Positions 35,442 through 49,262 of a stretch of DNA of 64,000 bases are shown here, in pieces; position 1 is the stretch's first letter, and each line of letters opens with the position of its first letter. The notes under the pieces are model-generated. The model saw only the letters and a program-made list of their open reading frames with translations. It had not been told where the DNA came from and ran no database searches. The translations under genes were made by a program, and so were the position numbers. This stretch comes from Vicugna vicugna (lineage: Eukaryota). The DNA lies in contig MU058781.1 of assembly GCA_013265495.1 (NCBI GenBank), forward strand, positions 7,979,009 to 8,043,008. The letters are read 5' to 3'.

Positions 35442-35628
35442 CAATGTTTTTCAACCCTGACTCCACACGGCATCACCCCAGGAGCTTTTCCTTTTTTTAA
35501 AAAAAAGAAATGTCTGGGCTGCACCCCACATGAATTTAATCCGACTCTCTGGGAGCAGAGCCCTGGCATCAGTATTTTTAAAAGCTCCCCAGGTGATTAT
35601 AATGTGCAGCCAGTGTTGAGAATCACTA
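35442..35628. mobile_element. MER5-type hAT-Charlie MITE (similar copies at ~31165-31308 and ~34574-34707)
   Basis: caatgtttttcaacc...agctccccaggtgattataatgtgcagccagtgttgagaatcacta with terminal inverted repeats. Confidence 0.75.
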
Positions 35629-36379
35629 ATCCTAATATACAGTCACCAGCTCGTTTCGTAGACTTCATTTCTGCCCCTGAACATTTCCCCGAGTGCTAAC
35701 TATTATACGAACGCTAGATCATTTTTAATACTTGGTGTATTTTGTGGTGGATTTGATGGTTTATAGCACATTCTCGAAGCTCAGTGTCTTCTATCCCTCA
35801 TTAACTGTCACGGCTTAGTTGTGAACATATCCTGATATCTCTCATTGGCAAGAAAGGGAAAAGTGATTTGGCACGTTATTCGATGGAAATGATAAACCTA
35901 GTTTATGAAGCTATATGGTACCATAGGGCGGCAGTTACTTTACTTGATTTTATCTTAGCTTGAACAATTAAAATTAACAGCATCTTTAGGAGTATAGTTG
36001 ATGAAAGAGGTAAGTACTTAAAATAGCTACTTGGACCCTTCGAACTTTTATTTTCAGTCTTCTCTCAAAAAATAATTTTAGTTTTTGCTGAAAAAAAAAT
36101 CCTCAAAGTGAGAAGTCCTTATGGCTTTTTCTTTGGTGACTGACTTAACTTTTAAACCTTCATTGATTCATTCATTTTGCTAAAAATAATTGAGTACCTA
36201 CTATGTGCAGGTACTTTTTCAGGGATGAGGATGCCAAGAGAACAAAAGCAATTTTCTGTCTTCAAAGAGGAAAGGGTAAGCACAGTCAATTTCAGGCACT
36301 GTATTTATTCAGTCTGGATATTTAAAAGGTACTTGGCTTTTCCACACTATATTATAGCTGCATTCTATGAGTATTTTTT

Positions 36380-37600
36380 AAAGTTCAATTCATTCATTCA
36401 GTTAAAAAAAAAAGAATGTATTCACGTGTTCAAAAACCAAATGAAAGAAAATTCTCTCCTCATCCTTGTCCTGCATCTGCTTCATTTCCCACTCATACCC
36501 CACAGAAGTCACTCATTAAGTTCTTGGGTACCCTTCCAGAGTAGTTTTTTATGACTACACAAGCAAGTAGAAATAGATTCTTATTTTTCCCAGTTTTACG
36601 TTATCCTGTATCTTTTTTTATAATTTAAAAATATTGGAAGGTTTTTTCTATATCAGCCACATTCTTTTTCATTTTGTTATACCTCCATAATGATTTTCTG
36701 TTGTCTGAAAGCACTGTAAGTTATTTATCTCACTCCTATTGATGGTGACCTACATTGTTTCCAATCTTTTATTACAAAGCTGCATAAATAACCCCACATC
36801 TGTGTCATTTTACACATGTGCGTTTCTTTCTGGGATCAATCCCTGCAAGTGAAATGACTGGGTCTTTAAAGTATGTATGTTAACATTCCTGATAGCTTCT
36901 TTATGTCAAACTCCTAGGATTGTTGAGTTGAAAGGCGTAAATATTTTTCAGGTTTTAATATTTACTGACAAATTACCATCTAAAAGTTTGTATTGATTCA
37001 TTTTCTCACTTGCATAGTATGTAAGTACCCCTTTCTCTGAAACCTTGCCAGCACTGGAAACAAATTTTTTCCTCTTTTAAATAAATCTTTGTTAATTTGA
37101 TAGGTAAAGAATGGTGTGTAGGGGTGTGTGTATAGAGGTACATATACATACATAATTTTAACGTGCATTTCTGTAACTATTAGATTGTTAAAAATTGATT
37201 CCATTAGCCACTGCATGATTAGGGACTTGTTTGTTCATTTGTCCAGTTTTGGAGAATTTTTGTTTTTCTTACTGATTTGCAGTAAACGGCTTATTTTTAT
37301 TAACATAACTAATAATAGTGGCTTATATTTATTAAACACTTACCTTGATCCAGGTGCTGTGCCTAGCAAGAATTTTTAACTGGTCCTATATATTGTAAAT
37401 ATTTTATCTGAGTTTCGTATGTGTCTTTAATCCTTATTTAAACAGTATTTCCATTTGAAAACCTGTAGGGGCTTTAAAAATCATGTGATAAAATAAATTA
37501 ATATATTATGGTAGTTTGGGTTTTTTTATTGCTTTAACACATGAAAAAAGTCTGTACCACTCTAAAGTCAGATTAGCATTCACGTTTACTTTTTTAAGTT
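36380..37600 (-). mobile_element. Old L1 (L1ME-like) 3' region, antisense
   Basis: cctattgatggtgacctacattgtttccaatc..., aaccttgccagcactgg, taatttgatagg, ttactgatttgcag. Confidence 0.65.
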
Positions 37601-39232
37601 CTTGAAAGATTCTGAATAATTTTTTAAAACCCAGATCAATTGTATGCATACACATAAATATAAGTATTTTCAAACAGTCACCTACCTACACTGTAACTAT
37701 CTTTTCTGTTTTAAGAAAACATTTATATCCTCTTTTAAAAAAATAGTTTTTAAAATACAGATAACTACAAAAGGAGAGGGGAGACTAAGATTATCCACAA
37801 TCCACCAACTTGAGACAATCCTATTAATATTTAGAGCAAATCTAGATGATTTTCTATACATGACTATCTACATCGACATATATATATGTGTATGTATCAT
37901 AAAATGGCATTACACTCTGTGTGTATTTTATAACTTGCTTCCCCCTACACTAAGCTACAGGTGAATATCTTTCTATGTCAGTAATTCTACATCCCATCAC
38001 TAGTCATCCATTGTATGGACAAGAACTCTCTAATGAGATAATGTCACTCAAAGGGAAGGAAACCTGGGCAGAAGCATTCTAGGAAAAACCTCACCTGCCA
38101 GTTGGATGTTCATCTGGCCAGAATTTCCTAAGGCAATTTAATTCTCAAAGACTTTCAGTTTCACTAAGGGCTTAACTGCCAGCAAAAATGGCTAACGTAG
38201 CGGTCAATCATTAACCTGCTCCAACAAGAGAGAGAACTCAGAAAGAAAATTAAAATCGCTTTCTTAGCAAGGCATGCATGGTTCAAAACAGTCTTCCAGA
38301 CTTGTTTTCCTCAGTTTGCTTTCTCTCTTCCTTCCCCTACTTCCTTCTCTTTTCCTGTACCCATGCTACCTGCATGTCTCCTTGTAGATAATTTTTAACT
38401 TAGGCCGCTTATTCATTTCTTAACAAACATAATGACATGATTTACTTTTCCAGAGAGCTGACCTTAGGCTTGTTCTAACTGCAACAGTAGCATAGACCCT
38501 TCCATCAATTATGAATGTAGTCATGTGTGCAGAGGCTACAGCAGGCCAATGGTAATGTTACCTTATTCCAGAGATCTACCCGTATAAATAAATAATGAGA
38601 TGTTTCTGTGAAATGCCTTTAGCAAAGGCAGGAGAAAGCCTTACTTCTCAAAAGACTAAACATTTTAAAGATTAAAAGCTTTAAAATACCAAAAGTTCCT
38701 CAATAGAATATAAACCATTTACATGGAAAAGAAAAAGAAAGACATGAGCTGGAAACTATAATGCTAAATTGTAGCCAAAGTTCTCTGGATGGCAAGTGTG
38801 GAATCTAAGCGAACCATGAGAGAGCCTCAGATGGATTCTTGAATATGCAAGGACACTTAGCTCTCTACCTCCAAATATCCTCCTGTTATACATTTTAAAC
38901 GATTAAATCTCTACACGAAAATCTTAGCTAAAGATATCATGATACAATACTACATTTTTACCTATTGAACATAATACTGAAAATTTGCAGTAAATAATTT
39001 CAATGAGAGTGATATAATCTAGTGGTATATATGATAGGTTGTTTTTATTATTAAACATCTTTTTTTCTGTTTCAATGAATTCATTTAGGCTTGTGTATTA
39101 AGCTAGATATTCAAGTCTAGGCAGTAATTCAGATAGCTTCATGAAGTCCAGTGAGCGCTAGCTTCTTGAGATGATTTGTTCTGTGCTGTATATTCTAATC
39201 CTGTTTCTAGCAAAGTGGAAAATGCTTTGTGG

Positions 39233-39251
39233 TTGCCACTAGAGGGCAAAT
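39233..39251 (+). promoter_or_regulatory. Candidate CTCF binding site
   Basis: TTGCCACTAGAGGGCAAAT closely matches the CTCF core CCASYAGRKGGCR. Confidence 0.6.
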
Positions 39252-40569
39252 AGCCTCCTGGACTCCTCTTGGACCAAAGAGCATCTCCATCTACGCAGCT
39301 CAAGTTTTAAGGTCTTATATAACCTAGTTTTAAATCCTACATTGCCAGCTTTTAGTCAACCCACAGGCAGAGCAAGCCAACAACTTTAAAAGTCAAGATT
39401 TAAATGTGCTGTTTTACCATTTTACCAAATGGTCCCATTTGGGATGACAGCTCTCTTCCGAGTGCACTGACTCCTAACCATTTTATCCTAACTCTTTCTG
39501 GTCTAGGTCTGAAACCGTGCTGCTCTGCCAGCAAGGTGACCTAACCTCAGAGCATTCAACAGCAATCTTAGACCTTAGAGTGACGAAAAGGTACTTTCCA
39601 ATCTGATTGATTTCTGCTTGTCTTTCCAACTTCCTCTCCTCTCCTTCATATTCCCTCTACACTGCACCAATTCAGAACTACAGGTCCTTAAACATGCCTT
39701 TGTTCATGTCCTTGTGTCTTTGCTGAGGCTTCTGTCTGAGATGCTGGCACTGCCCACGACACACTATTGGAGGCTCAGTTCAGACATTACCTATGAGGAG
39801 GCTCACGGTATCTGCTGATCCCACCCTCGCCCCTCTTCCTTCTAGGCGATGGATTTCATTTCTCCCTCCTCTCTGCTCAACCAGGGTCTTGTGCACACCT
39901 CTGTTAACAGTACTGACTCTGCTGCTGTGATTATGTCTCGCAGAATATGAATGTTAAATCTGTTTTGAGAGGTAAACTTGGCTGTTTTGTCTTTTCTTTG
40001 CTGCACTAGAAGTTGTTAGAAGTTCTGGAAGGATGAAATGCAAACAACCGCCCTCCTCCCCCAGAAGCGGAGAACAGGCAATTGTGGTTTTTGAAGACTG
40101 AGTTCTCTCTGCCCTTGAGTAAGGAGATACAAGATTTCTGCTGATAAAAACTTGGACTTCATTGCTAGTCAAAAGAAACGACTAGGACTTTGGGCACAAA
40201 GAAATAATTGGAATCTGGAGAGACAGGTAGACCAGAAAAGGTTCAGAGAGGCCATCCGTCACTGCCCAGAGTCAGGAGAATGGTCTGAAATACAGCTGCT
40301 TTTGGAGGTGCTCAGTGATGCGGGGCCATGATGAAGTACTCAGCAGCCACTGACTCAACTCTGCATAGCCCTCACCAAAGAGCCATCTAGCTTGAGTGCG
40401 AGTCCTGCCTCAGCTAGACAAACAATCACGAGTTGTGAGTTTCAGCCTTTAATCAAGTGCTTCTGTCTTTATTTTTCAGGCAAAATCAAACGAATCCTGA
40501 AAAATATCAAAGTTCACTTGTTATGGTGATTATTTTGTAATGCAGAAGAATAGCCAGTCATGAGGTCGC

Positions 40570-40960
40570 ACACCTGAAAGTAATGATGTCGTAGGTCAAT
40601 TATACTTCAATAAAGAAAACAAAAAACTATCAAAGACCATTAAAAACAAGGAGCATCTGAGAAACCATTGCAGCCAAGAAGAGTCTTAAGGAAACATGGC
40701 AACTAAATATAAAGTGGTGTTCTGGATGAGATCTTGGAACAGAAAAATGACATTAATGGGAACTAAAGAAATCTGATTAAGTATAGACTTAATAACAGTG
40801 TGTTGGGATTGGTTCATTAATTACAATTATATGTACCATTTCAAGGTAAGATATTAGTAATAGGGGAAGCTGGTGTGTGTATATGGAATCTCTCTGTACT
40901 GTCTTTCCAATGATTCTATAAATCTAAAATTGTTCTAAAAACTAAAGTTTATTAAAAAGA
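40570..40960 (+). mobile_element. Short L1 tail plus L1MC-like 3' end
   Basis: caattatacttcaataaa; gatcttggaacagaaaaatgacatta...tctctgtactgtctttcc...aaatctaaaattgttctaaaa. A related copy lies at ~45840-46090. Confidence 0.7.
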
Positions 40961-42497
40961 AGGGAGAGGCGGAGGAGAAGAAGAAAAATACAAACTAACC
41001 TGTGAGAATGTCTCTTCCAAAGCCTTTAGGAAGCGGGAAGTGCCCATGGCACCTGGACCCATGAGTTCCTTGAGTGCAGGGACTGGTCAGGTCACGCTGA
41101 TTGATATCTTCAGTGCCTGGTTTTAATAAGTGATCAATGTATAATTATTAAATTAAGATTTCTTTCCAGTAAGAGAGTAGCAAGAGGTTGTAAAGAGAAT
41201 GTTTTGCTTGTGATGATAAATAAAACTGCAAAATGTATTTTGTTTGCTTAAGTTGTTGTAGGACTATCCAGCTCAACAGTGTTTTCCCTGATATTTAGAA
41301 AGACTACTGTAAGACAAACTATTATTTTAATGCAGAAAATAAGACAAATTTCATTCTTTAAGAATATTGCCAATTTTCTGACGATAACCAGGAGGAAAAC
41401 TATCCTTATAAGAATGAGATGTTAAAATTGAGGCAGAAAATACATAAGGAGGGTTCAGGCACAAAACATCTAAATAGTTTTAAGTAAAGAACAAAGGTTC
41501 AATTTCTTTTTCTTATAAAAGGAAACATGTTAAAATTCTCCTAAGTACTAATATTTGAAGTACATAGACTAAAAATTGAACATGCTCATATAATGTATTT
41601 TTGATATAAAAATCGTTCTCTAATATGTTTTTTAGGTTAATGAAAGTCTCTTGGCCAATGATACTCATCAATTTAGCCATGAGGGGTATTTCAAAATAAT
41701 CTGGAATATAGACATTCTTTTAAAATGGTGCATATCTCATGATATTTGTCTTTCAATATGGTACAGTAGAACTTTACACTTAAAAGAAGATGGTGTGGAA
41801 GAAAGAAAAGATGGCCCCCCAAAATAAAGGTTTGGGATAATAAATTCAAAAGCTTTTCCTCTGCCAGCATTCTGTGCATTGACTGAAGCAGTTGGGGGTC
41901 TTGCTGGTGACTCAGGACCCTGCTAAGCTGTCTTGCTTATCACAAGGGAGGCTACCAGCCACACAGATATAAAGCTGTAACCCTCTCTCCTTGGCAAGGA
42001 ATTAAAAAAAAAACTAATAGATTTTTAGTTTGAACAGGCAGCTCCTACTGATATTTTATTCTGGACATATTGTGAGAAAAGTAAAAAGGTCATTTTTGGT
42101 ACTTTTGGAATAAATTCACATCAGTGATGCTTCAAAATACCCTCACTTTCAGATATGTATTAAAATGTACTCCAGATAATATATTAAAATACATTAATTC
42201 CAGGTGATGGTAATTAATTACATGAATATGATTAAAGGCAACAGGGTGGAAAGGACTCTAGGTGTATTGAGAGGAAAGAAGAGTGGTTGGAGACGTCTCT
42301 GTGCCAACAACTCTGTGAGTGAACTATCATGCCTACTCCATGGTTCTGCTATGCTTTGGAATTTCATATGCATTTTCTAATTTTCTTAACAATTTCAACA
42401 AACCAATTATTATCCGTATTTTAGAAATGAGGGCCTTGTTATTCAGAGAGTTTAGTAGCTAGTCCAAGGTCACTCACCCAGTAAAGAAGCAGACCCA

Positions 42498-42600
42498 AAT
42501 ATGAAAATGAACATATGTATGTATATGCATGACTGGGACATTGTGCTGTACACCAGAAATTGACATTGTAATTGACCGTACTTCAATTAAAAAAAAAAAA
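42498..42600 (+). mobile_element. Young ~100-bp L1 3'-tail insertion inside a MIR
   Basis: Near-identical to 17838-17936, ends in an A tail, and splits a MIR (aaggtcactcacccagtaaagaagcag|...|gcacagccaggtatcaagcccag). Confidence 0.85.
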
Positions 42601-42984
42601 GCACAGCCAGGTATCAAGCCCAGATCTACCTGATTCTATAGATTATGGAAGCTACTATACTGTCGCTCAGCATTTCCCTGTCTGAACTTGTCAGATTGGA
42701 GATTTTGATAGGTCAATTCACATTTGTAAGAGCTCTTGAAGGTCCAAGTCATTACTGAAGCTAATTAAACCTCATCAATTCTCTCAGCCTTTCTTCAATA
42801 GCTATAATCTTTGCTGTCCTTTGTGGTCCACAAAGAGAAATTTCATTACTTCTGCCAAATGCTTTGTGCTCTGCTATCAACCGGGACAGTCTTCAATTTA
42901 TTGCACTGGTGCTGTTTATGCTACATCTGCACTCACAATGTTTAGATCAGTGCTCAAACTCTCATATCCTGTATATTTTTTTTT

Positions 42985-43790
42985 ATGGCTCAGATAGTGT
43001 TTCTTAATCCTTTAAATTTCTTTTGGCTCATTATTATTGTTTCTAGTTCTCCGTAGACACTTTTCATCTTGTCCTTTAATTTCTGAAAATATGAATGGTG
43101 GTCTGTGTCTGAAAACTCCATTTTCCCATGTGGGTCTGTCTGGCTTGTCTGTTTTTCTTTTGGATTTTGGTCACATCCTGCCTCCTTGTTTGCCTGGTTA
43201 TTACTGATCACAAGACTGTATATAGTAATCGTCAAGAGACTTTATATGATGCTATATTCCTCCAGAGAGAATGTGTATGTGCTATAAGGCAGGCAGCTAG
43301 GTTAGGGGCACTAATAAACCACTGAACTCCTTAATCTAGTCAGCAAATGAAGACCATCTGAAGTCGAGTTTCAGTTCCTTGAGAAGTGGTCTATTTCCAG
43401 CTCACTGTTACTCCTGGGTACAGCCCTTCTGGGTCCAGACTGCCTGCCTGAGATGTTTACTAAGATCCCTACTCCTTGGCAAACACTGCCTCCAATTTTC
43501 AGGCCCCCACCTCCATGAGTCTTTCCAAAGCTCTCAGCTCTCATTCTCTCAGCCAGCCACAGCTTTCAGAATCAGCAATCACCTTTGTAAGAAGAGTGGG
43601 CCCAAATATCTGGTTCACCTCTATGGACTTTCATCCTCTCCCAGGTCTTGACTGCACAATTCTTCACAGCTTTGCTGGCTTTGCACTGATTTTACACTTT
43701 TCATTTTTTTCTTTTCTTTAGTATTTAGTCCAGCTCCTCCAGCTGCTCTCAGCAGAAGGGTTAGTCCAAAGCAACCTGTGCTGTTGTTGC
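42985..43790 (-). mobile_element. Old L1 5' region with ORF1 N-terminal remnant
   Basis: Minus-strand peptide QNPKEKQTSQTDPHGKMEFSDTD...KLKDKMKSVYGELETIIMSQKKFKGLRNTI resembles the ORF1p N-terminus/coiled coil of old L1M families. Confidence 0.6.
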
Positions 43791-46700
43791 TGGAAGAGGG
43801 TTCACCTATAACAGGATCAATTATTTTTAAATGTATCATCAGTATAAACCTACAGTTTCTATTAAAAATTTGAGACATTTGGCTTTCTTGTAAATAATTA
43901 GAAATTAGAGCTAAAAACTGGCCTTGCATGTCAGCAATGTCAGCATGTCAATCTGTTGAAACAGAGTAAGGGCCGACACTTTGAGATGAGTCAGGCATGA
44001 TTCTAGTTCTCAAGTCTTCTCAACATCCTAGTTTATTGCATCAGCTTCCTTTGTCCATTTCTGCCACATGCGTGGCCCCCATATGCATTTGAGTTTGTGA
44101 CCCCTGGTTCAAGTGACTATTTATAAATTAGGCAACGGAGATTCAAATAGGCTGAATCAAGTTCTTTTCCCAGAAAATCAGTTAGCACTCAGCAGCAACA
44201 GAGGTTTTGCTCACTCCCTTTGATAACCCTCAGAACTAAAGAAATTTCTGTCCATATAATACAGCTGAGGTAAATCACACAGCATCATTTTTGTAATATA
44301 TTCTGCAACACGTTTGCATCCATAAACATTTCTCTGCCTTACTTGAAACTCACAAATTTTGATTATCTAATCATGACCAAGCAATCCTAATCTATATCAA
44401 TTGCTTAAAGACTTACAATTTCTTCTTTAATTGAGTCTCATTTCCTTGTTTCCTCAATTGAACTAATTAAATGATTGCACATGGAATTTTGCACAAATTA
44501 ATTTGGCTAATGGTGAATGTTCAGTTTGGGAGGATATTATCCATGACTGGCAACTTTTTATTCTGCCTCTCACTCATCAAATATTTGAGCAGACACCCTG
44601 TGTCAGGTACTGCCCTAAATGTTAACGATGCCAAGATGAGTAAGACAGGGGCCTTGACCTAGAGCAGCTCACTGTAGTAGGGAGACAGACACAAAAAACA
44701 ATCCATTCAACACCCAGTGATAAATATTATAACTGAGTTATAAGCAAAAAGCTATGGGAGGGAGTGAGTAGGTATGTCTGAGGAGTAGGGGCAAAAGGCT
44801 TCTCAGAGGAAGTAGCATTTCAACCTGCTCTTCAATGAATGATTCAGATGTTGGTCAAGTAAAGAAGAGAAAGGAGGGCTTTGTAGCTTTTTGCATCAAC
44901 CACACTACCAGCAGCGTTCCCTCTGCTTTCCCTGCTTCACATTCTTCCCACCAGCAATCCATTCCCTGCACTGACCTTTCCAAAGCATAATCCGATCATT
45001 GGTTTCCCATCCACCTCATGATGAATTCGGACCCCTTGGATGGCATTCAAGGCCTCTGTCATCCCAAGCCCCACTTCACATCCAGTTCCAGTCCCTGCCC
45101 TGTCTCCCAGGCAGGGTACGAACACTCAAAAGGCCACGCTGCTTCATGCTTCCATGTCTTTTGCATGAGCTTCCTCTTCTTCAGGCACGTCTTCTATGCT
45201 TGTTTCCATGGTGCTCTAGGACGACCTCTGTTAGCACCTACCCACTGTGCAATAAGGTCTGCCTCTCCTGTCTGGGTTCATCCAAAAGGCTGATGGGTCC
45301 ACAGAGGACAGCCCAGTGCTTAGCACGAAGTGGTCCTCAATACCTATTTGGGGTGAATGAATGAACTAAAGAAACATTGTGATGCTTACTGTAGCTACAG
45401 GTCAAGGGATGAGGGATAAACTGAAAGAAAATGAGCTACATAAGATACTACCTATGTATGAAGGTAACTATTTCTCAGAATACAATATACACATTTTCAT
45501 TTAGGTGATCCTGCTAAGTCTCTGAGATACTGCCCTGCACTTAAGTCCAGGCATATGTCACAGTTAACAGTGTTTGCAATACTTTGACTTACAAGAGCCC
45601 TTGTTAAATTCTGACAGTAAAGGAACATACCAGACAACCTGAAGGTAGCATCAGATATACAGACTGCTTGAAGTAAAACATAATGATGGCTACATCTTTA
45701 AAGTTATTTCTGTGTTATTTGTATTTACTGTTCCTGATTCCAGAGCTAAGTCCCTGATCCATTAGGTCTGAGGTCTTTGTAGCTCAAACGCTGGTCCTAA
45801 TTTTTCTCAAAAGCTAGAATTTTAGCTACAGTTTGGTAGCCTGGATTCAATCCTGGAAAAGAAAAAGAACATCAGTGGAAACACTGGTTAAATCCAAATG
45901 AAGCCTGTAATCTAGCCAATAGCAATACAGCAAGGTTAAGACCTTAACCATCGCAAATACACCATAGTTATGAAAGATGTTAACATCTGGGGAAACTGAG
46001 TAAAAGGCACACAGGAATTCTATGTTCTATTTTTGCAGCTTTTCTGTACACCTAAAATTATTCCAGATAAAAAGCTTATTTTTAAAAAAGTTGGAGTGGT
46101 AAGAATTATGTTCAGAGCATATCTATCACCTACAGAGAAATCAAATTTACTTGAAGATTGACCCATAATATAATGCTACAACCTGACATGTCTTAGGCAC
46201 CCCAAGATACAGGGTATTGATGGCTTCCTTTATAAACATCCTCCTGTGTTGCTTTTTGCCTTCCAGACTGGTTGGATTTTACATTTGTATTCTAGGGAAA
46301 ATTCACGTGGATCTTGTTGTTTATGCTTGTTGTCTTCACCCAGAACTGATATTCCCAGGATCCCTCATTAAGCTAGAAAAGTCACTGGGATGTAATCCAT
46401 GCTCCTTTAATAATAACACTAAACAAAGAACAGCAAAAAAATTAAAAAAGTAAAAAACACTTACCATGGAAATTGTTTGGTGGTATATTTCTTTTTCTTT
46501 TTATTCTTTGCACCAGTAATTCTTGTTTGTTGTGGACTATTTAGGAAGTAAAGACAAAAATTTATTTTGTTTCTATTGTTATAAATTAATACTTAATTGT
46601 GATAAATAAGAGGAAAAGGAAACATTCAACATGCTGCCAATACATGGCCTCTAAGGTGACTGCGGGAATAGAATAAAATGCTAAGTTATGTTATGATAAG

Positions 46701-47894
46701 CAGGTGTTTCTAGGTAATGGCATGTAAACAGTACACAGCTTAACATAGTAGGCGGCATGTTTTACTGGGTGAGTCCCATGGTTTGCACCTATACACATAC
46801 AATCTGCATAACTGAAAACCAAGACTTTTAAACACCCACTGAATTGAAAAATCTGATAATTAGGGAAACTAGTGGCATAATCTACATGTAGAGAAACTAA
46901 ATTCAATAAAAAGTTATTAAATGAATCACTCTTCTCCAAGACCTCAGGCCAGTAGTGGGGCCTCTTCTCCCCAAAGCCACCAAGGAGCTCACTCTTGCTG
47001 AGAATATTAAAAAAATATGCTCACAAGTGTGACTCTGAAATCCACACGCAAAAAGGGTCAGATAGAGGAGGGATGTGTGGCAATGACCTAAGTGGGAAGA
47101 ATTTTATTTGTCCCTGACAAAGCAACTGAGCCAGTGAGGAAATCAGACGCATAGAGCTTCTGGGGAGCATCAGTGCTGCTTCCTGCCCACAGCTGAGAAA
47201 GGGATAAAACAGATAACCTCACAGACCACCTGGCAAACCCCTGATGTGGGGTAGTCAGAGCTGAAAGGAGGGCAGCAGATGAGAGATGTTCTCAACGACA
47301 GATCTTAGTGTCAAAGGTGCTGGCTGATGGGTGTCCTCGGAGAGCTCTGGGTCTGCCACAAAGCACCGTGGGAAACTGAGCCTAGGATGTGTCCCTTGAT
47401 GGACAGACATTATATTAAAGCTCGTTCATTCATTTCACGTATCCTATTTACAAGGAAATCCAGGAATACATTCAAATAATAAGTACAAAAAAAGAAGGAT
47501 TTTTTTTTCCACTTAGAGAGTTTGGAAAAAATCCTTTTACAGTGCATTTTTCCGGTTGGAAAGTAGGCTCTTTGGACAGTTTCCACTAACTCCATCATCA
47601 GGTCACTGAAAACACAGGAAAATAAAATTTCTTCTTGGAAGAAATTACCAAATGTTTCTCTAGCAGAATGAAGCAGGTGATAATTTTTTTTTTTTACCCA
47701 AACTGATATCTTCCTACCTGTATTTTGAATACATCGAATTAAAAAGTCTTCCTTCTTTCCTATGTTTGCTGTCCCAGGGTATGAAGAACTAACTGGAAGA
47801 TGGGGCAGATAAAGCAGCTCCCATTGCTACTGGATTTTCCCCTTGTTTGTGAGGTTTCCTCCAGCCTGTACCATGTTAAGAGTGTCTGACCTGT

Positions 47895-48500
47895 CTTAGG
47901 CACTCCCTGCTCTTTGAAATTATTTCTTCCCTTGACTTCCCTTTTTCACCGGTCACTCTTCTCACACTCTTTCCGGCTTCTTCCTCCCCAACCTCTGAAC
48001 ATTGAGGTGATACAGAACTTGATCCTTGGACCTCCTTTTCTAGCTACACTCTCTCCCTAGGACGCATTTATCCAGTTGTGTGGTTTCACATACCATTAAT
48101 GTGGAGATGATCACCCCCTAAATTTACATCTCAAGTGCAAACATCTCCCCTGAACTCTAGATTCAGATATCCAATTTGGATGCCTAGTAGGCAGTTCCAT
48201 TTAATATGAGCAGAACTAAACTGTCATTTTCCCCAGCCCCGCTCCTCACATAGGATTCTCCATCAATTCTCCTGTCCTTTCAGTTGTTAAGACCAAAAAT
48301 GGCAGAATTTTTTGAATTCTTTTCCCTCTAACGACCCACATTCATTCCATAGGCAAACTCTGCTGGCCATAGTTTCAAAATATATCCAATGACTTCTCAC
48401 CGCCTCTGCTGAATCAGCCTGCTCAAAGACTGGATTATTAAAGCAGCCTCCTGCCTACTTCCATCCTTGTGGTCTATAGGATGGTGTCAGTGCGCCAGCC
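47895..48500 (+). mobile_element. L2 ORF2 (RT) fragment
   Basis: tacactctctccctagg...taccattaatgtggagatgat (YADD-like)...tctcccctgaactctagattcagatatccaa. Confidence 0.75.
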
Positions 48501-48903
48501 GGAGCTTCTCCCCCTATGTCTCTCAATAGTCCACTGACCTTTGCTTAAAAACTAGCTTGAGGGCATTGCTAGTATTCTTGGGGAAGATAAATCATGATAG
48601 CTTGCCACATAAGTCTTTTTGAAAATAAGACTCCAAATGAGCTAATTAATTAAAGTATAGACTGTTGGAGTTGGGCAGAACCCTGTAGGTCAAGGCCTTC
48701 TAGCCTCTCATGGCGTTGCCACGTGGGGAAGCTGGAGGGGGAAAGGCCACATGAGCCTCACCCCAGGCGGTGGTAGAGCTAGAACTATGGCCAAATTATG
48801 TCACAAGTCTGCTCACTTCTCGAAGGCTGGGATCCACGAGTTTTTTCAGAGTATCTTTCAGATTATAAATCATATTCCCCTCACCCCGACCCAGATCAGC
48901 TGA

Positions 48904-49039
48904 TTTTTATTTTTTATTTTTTGCTGTAAATATTTAATGTATGCAACTTGATGAGTTTGGTGGTAAGTATAGGTCTATGAAACTATTACCTCAAATCGAT
49001 GCCATAAACATATTCATCACCTCCAAATGTTTCCTCCTG

Positions 49040-49097
<58 letters not shown>

Positions 49098-49262
49098 TTG
49101 TGTGTATGTGATAAGAATATTTAACATAAAATCTGCCCTCTTAGCAAATTTTTAAGTCTGCAATACAGTATTGTTTACTCTAGGCACTATGCTGTATTCT
49201 ATCTGTAAATCTCTAGAATTTATTCATTCATCTTGCATAACTGAAACTTCGTACCCTTTGAT
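48904..49262 (-). mobile_element. L1 3' region (L1MA-like), antisense, containing (TTA)n at 49045-49095
   Basis: atttaacataaaatctgccctcttagcaaatttttaagtctgcaatacagtattg...cttgcataactgaaacttcgtaccctttga. Confidence 0.8.
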
